Notes: generated from the sequence alone by a model not told the origin. A stretch of DNA of 64,000 bases from an uncultured delta proteobacterium (GCA_963827685.1 CAWHBU010000002.1:928001-992000), one strand, 5' to 3'; positions 49,158-58,373 are shown, numbered from the stretch's first letter. Program-made: numbers and translations.

Positions 49158-49525
49158 GAGTCGTATTTGACACGAACATTTTCATTTCTGCACTTGTGAT
49201 CCCCAGGAGCTTGGCCGAAAAGGCAATTCTTAAGATCATCGGAGGTGCGGACATTTTAGTCATATCCAAGGATATCATTAATGAGGTTTTATCCGTTCTT
49301 TCATCGAAGTTCAATCGTGACAAAGAAGGTCTTAGCCATGTCGCTGTTATGCTTTCAGAACTTGCCGAGTTGGTAAAGCCGATTAAAAAAATCAGCATTT
49401 TCAAAGATGACCCTGATAACAGAATTCTCGAATGTGCAATACATGGCAAAGCTGATGTTTTGGTTACAGGCGATAAAGAGATGCTTCAGCTAAGAGACTG
49501 TACACGCTACCTATTCATGAGCTAA
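49154..49525 (+). pseudogene. PIN-family TA toxin, C-terminus replaced by the IS end at 49499
   Basis: VVFDTNIFISAL, DDPDNRILECA, VTGDKE; last residues (CTRYLFMS) are encoded by the IR. Confidence 0.8.
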
Positions 49526-50548
49526 AAAAAGGGGTAAAATTGGGTGACACTTTTTATTGATGTGAACCCTGATATGTCCACTGGATTGGAGCCAGGATTC
49601 CACCGCGATCCTCCAGGCTGATTCTCTGACAGCCAGTCCAGATTGATTCATTGCCAACAAAATCCTTTCCACCCTTTCCATTACCCAATCATAGATTCCC
49701 CTCCTTTGCCGTTTCGTAAAAGCCGGTCTGTTGCCAGATTCAAAGAATGCCTGACAGGATGTCTTCCCATTCAGGCAAGGCCGGATCCGATGGTTCAGAT
49801 CATTGACCGCAGCTTCCGCATACGCAGCGATATGATCCCGGTAGCCATGCAAACCCAACATAATTTTCTTCCGTAGAGTTGTCTTCACCTCTCGTTGTGA
49901 CTCTTCGATTGCTCCATTGTAGGGTGCATAATACTCCGGATTGTTCAAAGGTAGAACAAATGATTCGGCTAATACATCGTTGATGGCGGTGTGGTTCATA
50001 TTCCCTTCATTATCCCGCTTCAACACCAGAGGCGTGCCATACCGATCAAACTTCTCGCTCAGATATCCAGCCACCTCTTCTCCAACCGGATACTCTCCGG
50101 CCATCGGCAAAAACTTGTACCGCGAGCCCAGATCCTGCGTATTGTGCAAATAGATTTTACCGGCTATCCCCAGGTCATATGCCGTGAAGTCCATAGCCCA
50201 CACTACCCCTGGCGTCAGCCATTCGATCCAGCGAAGATGGGCACGGCGATCCGACTCCAGGTCGTGCCGTACCCGCTCCACCATTCGCCCCAGCTCCCGC
50301 CGTGACACACTAAACCGGTACCGTTGATATAAGCCGGTTGTTCCTACACTCCGCTTCACCCCATGATCTAACGATTGAACCTCCGTGTCAAGAACCGAAG
50401 GATCAAACGGTTGTACCTTCTTCGGACCCGGACGATTGATTAAAACAACGTTTTCCTTGATCCTGAAGCGCCACCGGTTAAAACTCGCTAAAGGGAGCTG
50501 AAGCGTCTTGCAAATCATCCCATAAGGCATCCCTGTCCGTTCCTTCAT
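49511..50548 (-). CDS. DDE transposase catalytic ORF (IS3-like OrfB), probably translated via -1 frameshift from 50593-50961
   Basis: WAMDF, QDLGSRY, LKRDNE, NGAIE; its frame is open upstream to the A9 run at 50599-50607. Confidence 0.85.
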   Translation of the reverse strand: MKERTGMPYGMICKTLQLPLASFNRWRFRIKENVVLINRPGPKKVQPFDPSVLDTEVQSLDHGVKRSVGTTGLYQRYRFSVSRRELGRMVERVRHDLESDRRAHLRWIEWLTPGVVWAMDFTAYDLGIAGKIYLHNTQDLGSRYKFLPMAGEYPVGEEVAGYLSEKFDRYGTPLVLKRDNEGNMNHTAINDVLAESFVLPLNNPEYYAPYNGAIEESQREVKTTLRKKIMLGLHGYRDHIAAYAEAAVNDLNHRIRPCLNGKTSCQAFFESGNRPAFTKRQRRGIYDWVMERVERILLAMNQSGLAVRESAWRIAVESWLQSSGHIRVHINKKCHPILPLFLAHE

Positions 50549-50592
50549 ACTCTCAATCGTCTCTACAACCTTTCTGATCGCTTCTTGCCGAT

Positions 50593-50961
50593 CTATTGTT
50601 TTTTTTTAGCGCCGCCGCGGTCCCGAAACTCCTCATACACCCCCAGGAACTCTTTCACCTTGGTGGTCTGCTTCGCGACATCCAGCTTCTTCTCCAATTC
50701 CTGGATCCGCTCCAGAAGCGTCTCCTTCTCTTCGTCCACAGGCACAGGCGGTCTTCCCGCAGGATGATTCTCCAACGCCAGGGCCATGGCTTTGAGCGAC
50801 TTCTCCTCCCACTCGTAATACGTCTTGCGCGACACCCCCAGCCGCTGCGCTCCCTCCTTTGCAGTTAAGGCTCCACTGCGCACCTGGAGAATCACCAGCG
50901 CCCGCTCCCGTGCAAGTTTCTGTTCCTTCTCCCTCTCGTGCCGCCGTTTCCTTTCCTCCAT
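50593..50961 (-). CDS. HTH + coiled-coil protein (OrfA-like)
   Basis: AKEGAQRLGVSRKTYYEW, GRPP, coiled coil, ends in GCT AAA AAA AAA CAA TAG. Confidence 0.85.
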   Translation of the reverse strand: MEERKRRHEREKEQKLARERALVILQVRSGALTAKEGAQRLGVSRKTYYEWEEKSLKAMALALENHPAGRPPVPVDEEKETLLERIQELEKKLDVAKQTTKVKEFLGVYEEFRDRGGAKKKQ

Positions 50962-52579
50962 CCAAAATCTCCCTGTAGATTGTCAGACCTTCTTCTCTGC
51001 CCCAACCTCCTTCAACTCTCCTGGCTTGGCCACCGGACTTCCCTGCAGTCTCGCCAAACGCCGCTCCAATCCTTTCATCGCTCCTCCCTTGCTCTTCCGC
51101 TCCAACAATACCGCAAGACGCGAGTTCAATGCCACTCTCTTCTCCATCACCGCAACCCGTGACTGCAATGCCAAGAGCATCCCCTCCATCGCCCGCTCCT
51201 GCCACTGGTTCAATAAACTCCACGCGACTCCCAACTCCTGGCAAACCTCTCCGGGTTTGCGTCTCTCCGTCCATACCGACAACACCGCCCGGCACTTCTC
51301 CTCCGCCGTGTGCCCCGAAACCTTCCTCCCTCTCTTGTCCTCTATCCCTGACCTCTCTACCTTCGGCTTCTCTACCTTGTCCATCGCTCTCCTCCCTCTT
51401 AATAGAACGATCTTTCTCTTCTCCTTTGGCGCCAACTTCATAGATCATCTCCTGCTTTCCACCGCCCTCTTCATCATCCACCATCAAACGCAGCTTTCCC
51501 TTCTCCGCCCGTAAGACCACCGACTGCCCCTCCATCCGCCCTACCATGTAAAACGGCTCCCGCGGCTTCCCCCGCAAGGCCATCTCCAGCACATTCTCTG
51601 CGATCCCTTGCTCCATCGTCTTTCGCAGCTCTGCCTGGATCTCAAAGTACCGATCCGCAGGACACAGCCCTCCAATCCCCTGGTGAGGCCGCTTGTAATT
51701 GTAATACTGCACCCACTGCCGAATCCTCTCTCTCGCCTCCTCAAAACTCCCAAACTGCGCCCGTACCAAGAACTCCTCATAGATCGTCTTCCAAAACCGC
51801 TCCACCTTCCCCAGCGTCATCGGATGATGGGCCTGGGACTTAATGTGTCTGACTCGGTCCTTCCGTAACTCCCGCTCAAACCGAGTCGATCCCCGCCAGT
51901 TCGTATATTGCCGTCCCCGATCTGTCAACACCTCCTTCGGTACCCCATACTCCCCAACTGCCCGACAATACACCTCCAGTACCTGATCCGCCGTCTGGCT
52001 CCGGTATAACTCCAAACCCGCCATGTACCGCGAGTAATCGTCGATAAACCCGATCAAATAGGCATACCGACCCCCCAGGCGAAAGGTGAAGATGTCCGAC
52101 TGCCACAATTGATTCGGTGTCGACCGCTCAAAAAACCGAGGACGGGTGATGTTGCGATGGTGTTTCTTTCTGAAAGGAACAATCAACGATTCTGCCCGCA
52201 GCGTCCGACGGACTGTCTCCGGGCTCGCGCTGAGGAAGAACGCACGCTTTAAAAGATGGGAAATCCGCTTGACACCAAAGAGAGGCTCACGCTTCTTGAT
52301 CTCGACGATCTTCTCGCGTACTGGTCCGGGAAGCTTCCGTCGTCTCCCCGAGGATATAATACGATTCCGTAACCCCGCTTCTCCCCGTTCCTGATATGCC
52401 TTCACCCAACGACAAATGACATCTTTACTGGCTCCTGCCTCCTCGGACAACAAAGAAACTGGTAACCCTTCTTCTAATCGTAACTTCACACACCGAAGCT
52501 TGAACTCAACCCCATACCGCTTCCCATACCGACTTCCTTTCCTCTTGCCCTTCTTCTTAACTCCTGCTACATTCTCCAT
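50633..52579 (-). CDS. IS481-like DDE transposase with long overlapping tail
   Basis: HTH, PNQLWQSDI, IDDYSRY, TDRGRQY, GKVERFW, YNYKRPHQGIGG; the last ~250 aa overlap two other ORFs. Confidence 0.9.
   Translation of the reverse strand: MENVAGVKKKGKRKGSRYGKRYGVEFKLRCVKLRLEEGLPVSLLSEEAGASKDVICRWVKAYQERGEAGLRNRIISSGRRRKLPGPVREKIVEIKKREPLFGVKRISHLLKRAFFLSASPETVRRTLRAESLIVPFRKKHHRNITRPRFFERSTPNQLWQSDIFTFRLGGRYAYLIGFIDDYSRYMAGLELYRSQTADQVLEVYCRAVGEYGVPKEVLTDRGRQYTNWRGSTRFERELRKDRVRHIKSQAHHPMTLGKVERFWKTIYEEFLVRAQFGSFEEARERIRQWVQYYNYKRPHQGIGGLCPADRYFEIQAELRKTMEQGIAENVLEMALRGKPREPFYMVGRMEGQSVVLRAEKGKLRLMVDDEEGGGKQEMIYEVGAKGEEKDRSIKREESDGQGREAEGREVRDRGQEREEGFGAHGGGEVPGGVVGMDGETQTRRGLPGVGSRVEFIEPVAGAGDGGDALGIAVTGCGDGEESGIELASCGIVGAEEQGRSDERIGAAFGETAGKSGGQARRVEGGWGREEGLTIYREILDGGKETAAREGEGTETCTGAGAGDSPGAQWSLNCKGGSAAAGGVAQDVLRVGGEVAQSHGPGVGESSCGKTACACGRREGDASGADPGIGEEAGCREADHQGERVPGGV
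50983..51384 (-). CDS. HTH (transposase HTH-like) accessory protein
   Basis: RBS GGAGGAG; HTAEEKCRAVL..W...VCQELGV.W..L.QW. Confidence 0.75.
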   Translation of the reverse strand: MDKVEKPKVERSGIEDKRGRKVSGHTAEEKCRAVLSVWTERRKPGEVCQELGVAWSLLNQWQERAMEGMLLALQSRVAVMEKRVALNSRLAVLLERKSKGGAMKGLERRLARLQGSPVAKPGELKEVGAEKKV

Positions 52580-52903
52580 GGGTACACTCCTTTCTCCTTC
52601 TCAGGAGTGTCACCCATTTCTCCCTTCTTCTTTAGCTTACGATCTGGTAGTTAGCTCATTTTTTTCCCTGATAAATAGATTCATGAAATAGATGCCAAAG
52701 GAATTCTTTCCTTTCAAAAAGTGAATTTGAAGAAATGATGGACTTATGTATTATAATTACTAAGGTGTCCATAATTGAGCAGGCATATTGTTCTGAAAAT
52801 CTCCCCTAACCCCTCTTTTCCAAAGAGGGGGAGTTCTTCCTTTTTCTAAGAGGAGGCAGGGATTTAATCTTCAATGTCTACGTAATTATTGAGTAATCAT
52901 TCG

Positions 52904-55666
52904 ATGGAAAAGTTTATCGAGATTATTGGAGCGAAGTCTCACAACCTCAAGAATATCAACTGTCGAATTCCAAGAGGAAAGATCACGGTCATCACAGGTG
53001 TCTCCGGGTCGGGCAAATCAACTCTTGCTTTTGACACCCTCTTCGCGGAGGGGCAGAGACGTTACATTGAATCCCTCTCCACTTATGCCCGGCAATTTTT
53101 AGAGAAGATGGACCGGCCTGATGTAGAGGCTATCCATGGAATCCCCCCTGCCATTGCGATTGAGCAGAAGAATAGTGTAAAGAATGCCCGTTCCACGGTT
53201 GGAACAGCTTCTGAGATTTATGACTACCTCAGGCTCCTCTTCGCCAAGATCGGTGAAGTCTTCTGCCCGGAGTGCCATATCAAAGTCTCAGGAGATACTG
53301 TGGAGAGCGTTGTCGAACAGATCCTGATTCAATTTAAAGGAGTAAAGATTTTCATCCTCAGCCCGGTTTCTCTCGGCGACGGCCAGGAAAGAGAGCTTAA
53401 GGTAAAAGATCTCATCAAAAATGGTTATTACCGAATCTGGGAGAAAGGGCAGATTCTTGATCTCACCAGCCTCCCTCTTCCTGAAATTGTACGTCGGAAG
53501 ACGCTCTCCGTTCTTATCGACCGGCTTATCTCCGAAGATAAGGAAAGATCAAGGCTATCCGAAGCCATTCAGAGAGGGTTTCAAATAGGGAATGGTAAAA
53601 TTGAAGTGCTTACTGAGCACGGTAAGAGAATGACCTTCAACAGGAGTTTCTCCTGTAATCGCTGTGGACGAAACTTTTCAGAGCCTGAGCCCCTTCTCTT
53701 CTCGTTTAACAGCCCTCTCGGGGCCTGCCGTGTGTGCCAGGGTTTTGGCAGGATCATCGGGATTGATTGGCAGAAGGTCATCCCGGACCCGAAAAAAACA
53801 TTGAAAGAAAAACCCTTTGCCCCCTGGAACACGCCTGCCTATCAAGACCTGTATGAATACCTATGGGAGGCCTGTCGGAGGCACAAAATTCCAATCCAAA
53901 AACCGTTTGAAGAACTTCTCCCTCATCAGAAAGAGATCTTGATTAATGGGAAAGGGGAGTTCATCGGTCTAAAAGGATTCTTTGAATGGATGGAGGGAAA
54001 GCGATACAAGGTTCACTACCGAGTCTTCCTCAGCAAATACCGAGCCTACACCCCCTGCCCTGTTTGCCACAATACCCGACTCAAAGAGGAAGCACTTTAT
54101 GTGTTCCTGGCGGGAAAGAACATTGCTGAGCTTTGCGAGATGCCCATTTCAGATCTTCGAATGTTCTTTAAAGATTTGCCAATTAGAGATTTTCAAAAGA
54201 AAGTTGGGGAACGTCTCCTTAAAGAGATTAACGATCGAATCGGATTCATGGTGGATGTTGGATTAGGGTACTTAACTCTCTCCCGTCAAACCAGAACTCT
54301 CTCCAGCGGCGAATATCAACGGATCACATTGGCAAGATCGCTCGGTTCGGCTCTAACTGAAACTCTCTATGTCTTAGATGAGCCGAGTATTGGCCTCCAT
54401 GCGAGGGATACCCATCGTCTCCTTCGGTCCCTTCGGAAATTACGAGAAGGAGGAAACACGGTGGTCGTAGTAGAACACGATCCGGATGTGATACGAGCAG
54501 CCGATGAAGTCATTGACCTTGGCCCTGGCGCCGGAAGATGGGGAGGTTCTATGGTCTTTCAAGGGGGATTAGAATCCCTTCTGAAAAACCAGGATTCGAT
54601 TACAGCCCGCTACTTGAGGGATGGAACGATTTCTGCTCTAACCAGGTCTCTTAGAAAACCGCAGGGATGGATCTCCATTCGCAACGCACGGGAGCACAAT
54701 CTTAAAGGAATCGATGTCAGGATTCCATTGGGCGTGATGGTTTGTATCACTGGCGTCTCCGGAGCCGGAAAGACTACCTTGGTTCACAACATTCTATACG
54801 CAGGAGCAAAGGGAAATGGAAACTCAGGCTTTGAAAAAGGGGCTTTTGATTCCATCAAAGGTCTTGAACAGGTCGATGATCTCATCCTGGTCGATCAATC
54901 TCCCATCGGGAAAAGCCTTCGATCCAACCCGGCCACTTATGTCAAAGTATTCAGTGAGATTCGGGATCTCTTTGCTCTCACCCGGGAGGCCAAAAGATTA
55001 GGGTTCAAACCCCGCCACTTCTCTTTTAATACAGAAGGGGGCCGATGTGAAACCTGCCAGGGCGCAGGATTTCAAGTTCTGGACATGCAATTCTTGGAGG
55101 ATGTCACGATCACCTGCGAAACGTGCGAAGGGAAAAGATTTCGACCCGAGATTCTCAAAGTGAAGTATCGAGATAAGAATATTTCAGAAGTATTAAATAT
55201 GACGGTTGATGAGGCCGTCACTTTCTTTCAAACCCACAGACGGATTCTTTCAAAACTTCAAATCTTTAAAGATGTCGGCTTAGGCTATCTCAGCCTCGGC
55301 CAGTCCACCAATACGCTGAGCGGAGGAGAATCACAGCGCTTAAAACTGGCTCAGCATATCGGCCAAAGCAAAACAGGAAAAAATCTCTTCATCTTTGACG
55401 AACCCACAACAGGTCTCCATATGGCCGATGTCGAACTCCTTCTTATGACCTTCCAGCAGCTTCTTTCCCAAGGCCATTCGATCATCGTGATCGAACACAA
55501 CTTAGACCTCATCCAACGTGCAGACTATATCATTGATTTGGGACCGGAAGGAGGGGAAGAAGGAGGAAGGATTATTGCGGAAGGCGATCTCAAAACGATC
55601 ATTGCTTCGCAACAATCCTACACTGGGGAGTTTTTGAGGCAACGCCTGAACGAAACAAAGGTTTAG
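52904..55666 (+). CDS. uvrA: Excinuclease ABC subunit A homologue
   Basis: GVSGSGKS, EGQRRYIESLS, FSFNSP.GAC, two ABC cassettes, zinc fingers. Confidence 0.95.
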   Translation: MEKFIEIIGAKSHNLKNINCRIPRGKITVITGVSGSGKSTLAFDTLFAEGQRRYIESLSTYARQFLEKMDRPDVEAIHGIPPAIAIEQKNSVKNARSTVGTASEIYDYLRLLFAKIGEVFCPECHIKVSGDTVESVVEQILIQFKGVKIFILSPVSLGDGQERELKVKDLIKNGYYRIWEKGQILDLTSLPLPEIVRRKTLSVLIDRLISEDKERSRLSEAIQRGFQIGNGKIEVLTEHGKRMTFNRSFSCNRCGRNFSEPEPLLFSFNSPLGACRVCQGFGRIIGIDWQKVIPDPKKTLKEKPFAPWNTPAYQDLYEYLWEACRRHKIPIQKPFEELLPHQKEILINGKGEFIGLKGFFEWMEGKRYKVHYRVFLSKYRAYTPCPVCHNTRLKEEALYVFLAGKNIAELCEMPISDLRMFFKDLPIRDFQKKVGERLLKEINDRIGFMVDVGLGYLTLSRQTRTLSSGEYQRITLARSLGSALTETLYVLDEPSIGLHARDTHRLLRSLRKLREGGNTVVVVEHDPDVIRAADEVIDLGPGAGRWGGSMVFQGGLESLLKNQDSITARYLRDGTISALTRSLRKPQGWISIRNAREHNLKGIDVRIPLGVMVCITGVSGAGKTTLVHNILYAGAKGNGNSGFEKGAFDSIKGLEQVDDLILVDQSPIGKSLRSNPATYVKVFSEIRDLFALTREAKRLGFKPRHFSFNTEGGRCETCQGAGFQVLDMQFLEDVTITCETCEGKRFRPEILKVKYRDKNISEVLNMTVDEAVTFFQTHRRILSKLQIFKDVGLGYLSLGQSTNTLSGGESQRLKLAQHIGQSKTGKNLFIFDEPTTGLHMADVELLLMTFQQLLSQGHSIIVIEHNLDLIQRADYIIDLGPEGGEEGGRIIAEGDLKTIIASQQSYTGEFLRQRLNETKV

Positions 55667-55726
55667 GTTAAGGCTAAGGCTAAGATTAAAACCTGAGATC
55701 CCTCAATCTCAACCTCAGCCTCAACC
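55659..55726. repeat. Hexamer-based palindromic element between convergent genes
   Basis: ggttta ggttaa ggctaa ggctaa ... tcaatc tcaacc tcagcc tcaacc. Confidence 0.7.
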
Positions 55727-55986
55727 TAAATCTCTGTTCTCTGTTTCATGCAGCTGAGCATCTGTTCGAGGCGGTTCCGTTCAAATCCCACCATCACCTC
55801 GTTGCATGCCGTAATGACCGGAACGCTTCGTGCGCCCGAAATCTTTACCATCTCGTCTAATGCAGCCCGGTCTTTGGTCACATCATATTCCGTAAATTTG
55901 TAGCCTTTTTGCGAAAGAAACTCTTTCGCCATCTTACAATAGGGTCAAGTCGGTGTGGAATAAACCTTGATTTCGTCTTCTGCCAT
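55726..55986 (-). CDS. Glutaredoxin-like selenoprotein (UPYC), 86 aa
   Basis: RBS AGGAGG, MAEDEIKVYSTPT-TGA(55945-55947)-PYCKMAKEFL..., SVPVI, VGF. Confidence 0.9.
55911..55929 (-). promoter_or_regulatory. Bacterial SECIS-like hairpin
   Basis: GCGAAAGA-GTT-TCTTTCGC, stem begins 15 nt 3' of the UGA. Confidence 0.65.
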
Positions 55987-55999
55987 GATCGGTCCTCCT

Positions 56000-56446
56000 T
56001 TACAGATAATCTTTTAAAACTAGCACCTTTATATCTTTTATCTGTTTAAGCTTATTATCATTGGTAAGAAATGCATCTGCACCCACATTAATAGCTACGG
56101 AAATCTGTATAGCATCAATGGCTTTGAGGTATGGATAATTCCCTCTCAACATACCAGCTCTTTCAGCCATGTCTTGAGATATTTCTATCAATCTAAGATT
56201 TTTGCCATACTTGAGAAACTCTGCAAATCTCCTTGCTAGCTTTTCATCCCCAATCTCAGTTGGTTTCGGGAGAACTTCAGTCAGGGTTATAACAGAAGAA
56301 AACGCATTCAATTTTCCCGATTGAAAGAAATCAACAACTTTTTTGGCAAGAGGCCCAAAAATAGGGTTTGCCTCAATGTAATAGATGATAGGCGCTGTAT
56401 CTATAAAAATAGAATCGATCCGGCCAAGCTCTTCGTCAAGGGTCAT
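56000..56446 (-). CDS. VapC/PIN toxin
   Basis: IFIDTAPIIY, ITLTEVL, DAIQ, FLTND. Confidence 0.9.
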   Translation of the reverse strand: MTLDEELGRIDSIFIDTAPIIYYIEANPIFGPLAKKVVDFFQSGKLNAFSSVITLTEVLPKPTEIGDEKLARRFAEFLKYGKNLRLIEISQDMAERAGMLRGNYPYLKAIDAIQISVAINVGADAFLTNDNKLKQIKDIKVLVLKDYL

Positions 56447-56667
56447 ACCCTATCCTCTCTCAAACGATTGACATGTTCTTGGGCATCTTCTCCTTTCCAT
56501 AAACCTTTCCCAAGTCCATAAAGTTTATTCCAGTCAAGTTCCTTTTTCATCGCAAGTCCATTCTTCCTTAACTGGTTAGCAAGCTTTTCAAGCAGTTTTA
56601 ACTGCTCCTTGGCCGAAAGCTTCTCTATCTCTTTCTCAATTATCTCTAAGGTAACTGCCCTGCGCAT
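56443..56667 (-). CDS. Antitoxin of the PIN toxin
   Basis: LYGLGKGLWKGEDAQEHVNRLRE; ATGA overlap with toxin. Confidence 0.8.
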   Translation of the reverse strand: MRRAVTLEIIEKEIEKLSAKEQLKLLEKLANQLRKNGLAMKKELDWNKLYGLGKGLWKGEDAQEHVNRLREDRV

Positions 56668-56766
56668 CTTTGCCTCCTTCATTGCCCTGCATTTAATTTA
56701 TTTATAATTAACTCCCTTTACTCTATTTACACTCATCTCGTTCCAATTGTCAACCAATGTTTTTCT

Positions 56767-57027
56767 TGTTATTCCAAATTTCAATTGTTGCGTTTTCCCA
56801 AGTTTGAATTGTCACATTGTTTTTCACAAATATCTAAAACCATATGATATTATTTCAAGACACTTATATCACGCATAGCATCAGAATTAACTCATCCAGT
56901 GGCCTCCCAGGAGAAATCTTGGAATTCTATTTTTCTTCGGGCAATAATCAAATTACACCTGTTCTTCATTACAAAAGGGCGACAATTCAAACTTGGAATT
57001 CTACGACATCTCAAACTTGGGATCACA
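56767..57027. mobile_element. MITE, 261 bp, TGT...ACA ends
   Basis: ~49 bp IRs, each with two CCAARTTTSARWTGT subrepeats; flanks TTTTCT / TTTTCC (near-perfect 6 bp duplication). Confidence 0.8.
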
Positions 57028-57126
57028 TTTTCCTAAATCTCCCATTCACTGGCTCCACCCTCACCCCTGCCCTTTCCACTGCCTAGCGGACTTGTTTATT
57101 GATATTACGATTGTGCACGTTATTGC

Positions 57127-57465
57127 TTACTCTTGGCTGGTTGCTTGAACAAAGAACTGTCCACCATCTTTAGGATACAAGTCGTTAAATTCTTTCTTGC
57201 GCTTCTCGATATATCCCAAGAGATATTCCTTCAAATCTGATGGAGGAAGGGAGGTTATATCAAGGTATGGATCTCCTCCCCAGCCCGAACTGTAATATAT
57301 TTTGAGCTTTTTCGCGGCTAATAGGTTCAGAATTGGATCAATGATATCTTTTGGGTCTTGGCATAAGCCATTTTTGAGGAATCCATGTATGATTCCATGC
57401 ACCGATTCTTCTTCATAGGCCGCCTCTTCAAGAAGTAATTTTTCTATTCCTTCTAACGTTTCCAT
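57127..57465 (-). CDS. Hypothetical acidic protein
   Basis: 112 aa ORF with ATG and RBS-like AGGGG; no recognised motif. Confidence 0.55.
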   Translation of the reverse strand: METLEGIEKLLLEEAAYEEESVHGIIHGFLKNGLCQDPKDIIDPILNLLAAKKLKIYYSSGWGGDPYLDITSLPPSDLKEYLLGYIEKRKKEFNDLYPKDGGQFFVQATSQE

Positions 57466-57620
57466 TCTAACCCCTATCTTTATTTCTTAGACTCCGAATA
57501 ATTTCGAGTTTGAGGTCCCAGACCTGCAATAATCACTTCGAATGCACCCGTCATTGGTAGGGAAGCTACTTGCTATTATACCCCATTTTTCAGATTTCCT
57601 TTACTAAATTTTAGGCTATA

Positions 57621-58343
57621 ATGTCCTTCATGAATTCTGGGGGAGGCAAATCAACCTCGATTAGAACGGCCAATTTCAAAGATCTTCAAAATGCTGCAGA
57701 AGACTTCCGTTACCTCCTCAACCGGAGATACCCCAGGAAAGCTGCGCTGGAACTGGTGGGGAATCGATACGGATTAACTTTTGAAGAGCGGCACCTTCTT
57801 CATCGGGGAGTTTTTTCAAATTCCGATTCTAAATCGAGGAAAAAGAAAATGATCCCCATCACAGGCATCCGGAATAAAGATCTGGCTATTGACGGTCACA
57901 ACGTCCTAATCACAATTGAAGCGGCCCTCTCTGGCCGTCCTCTGGTATTAGCGGATGACGGGTTTATCAGGGATATCTCCGGCCTCTCTGGAAGTTTTGC
58001 GAAATCAGAAATAACAGAAGCAGCCATCCAATTGATTCTCAATGTCTTGAAGAAATGGAAGCCCCCAAAAACCCTCTTCCTCTTCGATGCACCGATAAGT
58101 ATGAGCGGTAAATTGGCTGAGGAGATCAGAGATCGATTAAAGCGAGAGAATCTTTTAGGCGATGCCATGGCTGTGAAGGTTCCGGAAAAGATTCTGATCG
58201 GGTACCCTGGAGTGATCGCTACGAGTGACACGGCCATCATTAACCCATCCAAAAAGGTGCTGGATTTAGCCGGTTATATCATAACGAAGAGAATTGGGTT
58301 AAGATCGTTTCTGCAATGGAAGAAAAAACCATCGAGGGGCTAA
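57621..58343 (+). CDS. DUF434 domain protein
   Basis: YLLNRRYP..AALELVGNRY.L, IDGHNVLIT.E, DGFIRD, ATSD. Confidence 0.85.
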   Translation: MSFMNSGGGKSTSIRTANFKDLQNAAEDFRYLLNRRYPRKAALELVGNRYGLTFEERHLLHRGVFSNSDSKSRKKKMIPITGIRNKDLAIDGHNVLITIEAALSGRPLVLADDGFIRDISGLSGSFAKSEITEAAIQLILNVLKKWKPPKTLFLFDAPISMSGKLAEEIRDRLKRENLLGDAMAVKVPEKILIGYPGVIATSDTAIINPSKKVLDLAGYIITKRIGLRSFLQWKKKPSRG

Positions 58344-58373
58344 AGTCCCCTGCCTAAAGGAGAGAAACCCCAT

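Larger units (their letters stand above)
49499..52658 (-). mobile_element. Four-ORF transposable element with two DDE transposases
   Basis: TG...CA ends, ~52 bp imperfect IRs sharing CTACC...AGCTAAA...TGGGTGACACT; no target duplication visible. Confidence 0.85.

Noticed and set aside
54295-54325. LSSGE instead of LSGGE in the first UvrA ABC signature as a sign of inactivation
   Set aside because: Single conservative change in an otherwise intact 920 aa gene; not enough to claim loss of function.
56844-57086. 80 aa ORF overlapping the MITE
   Set aside because: Crosses the MITE end, lacks an RBS and any transposase motif; likely spurious.
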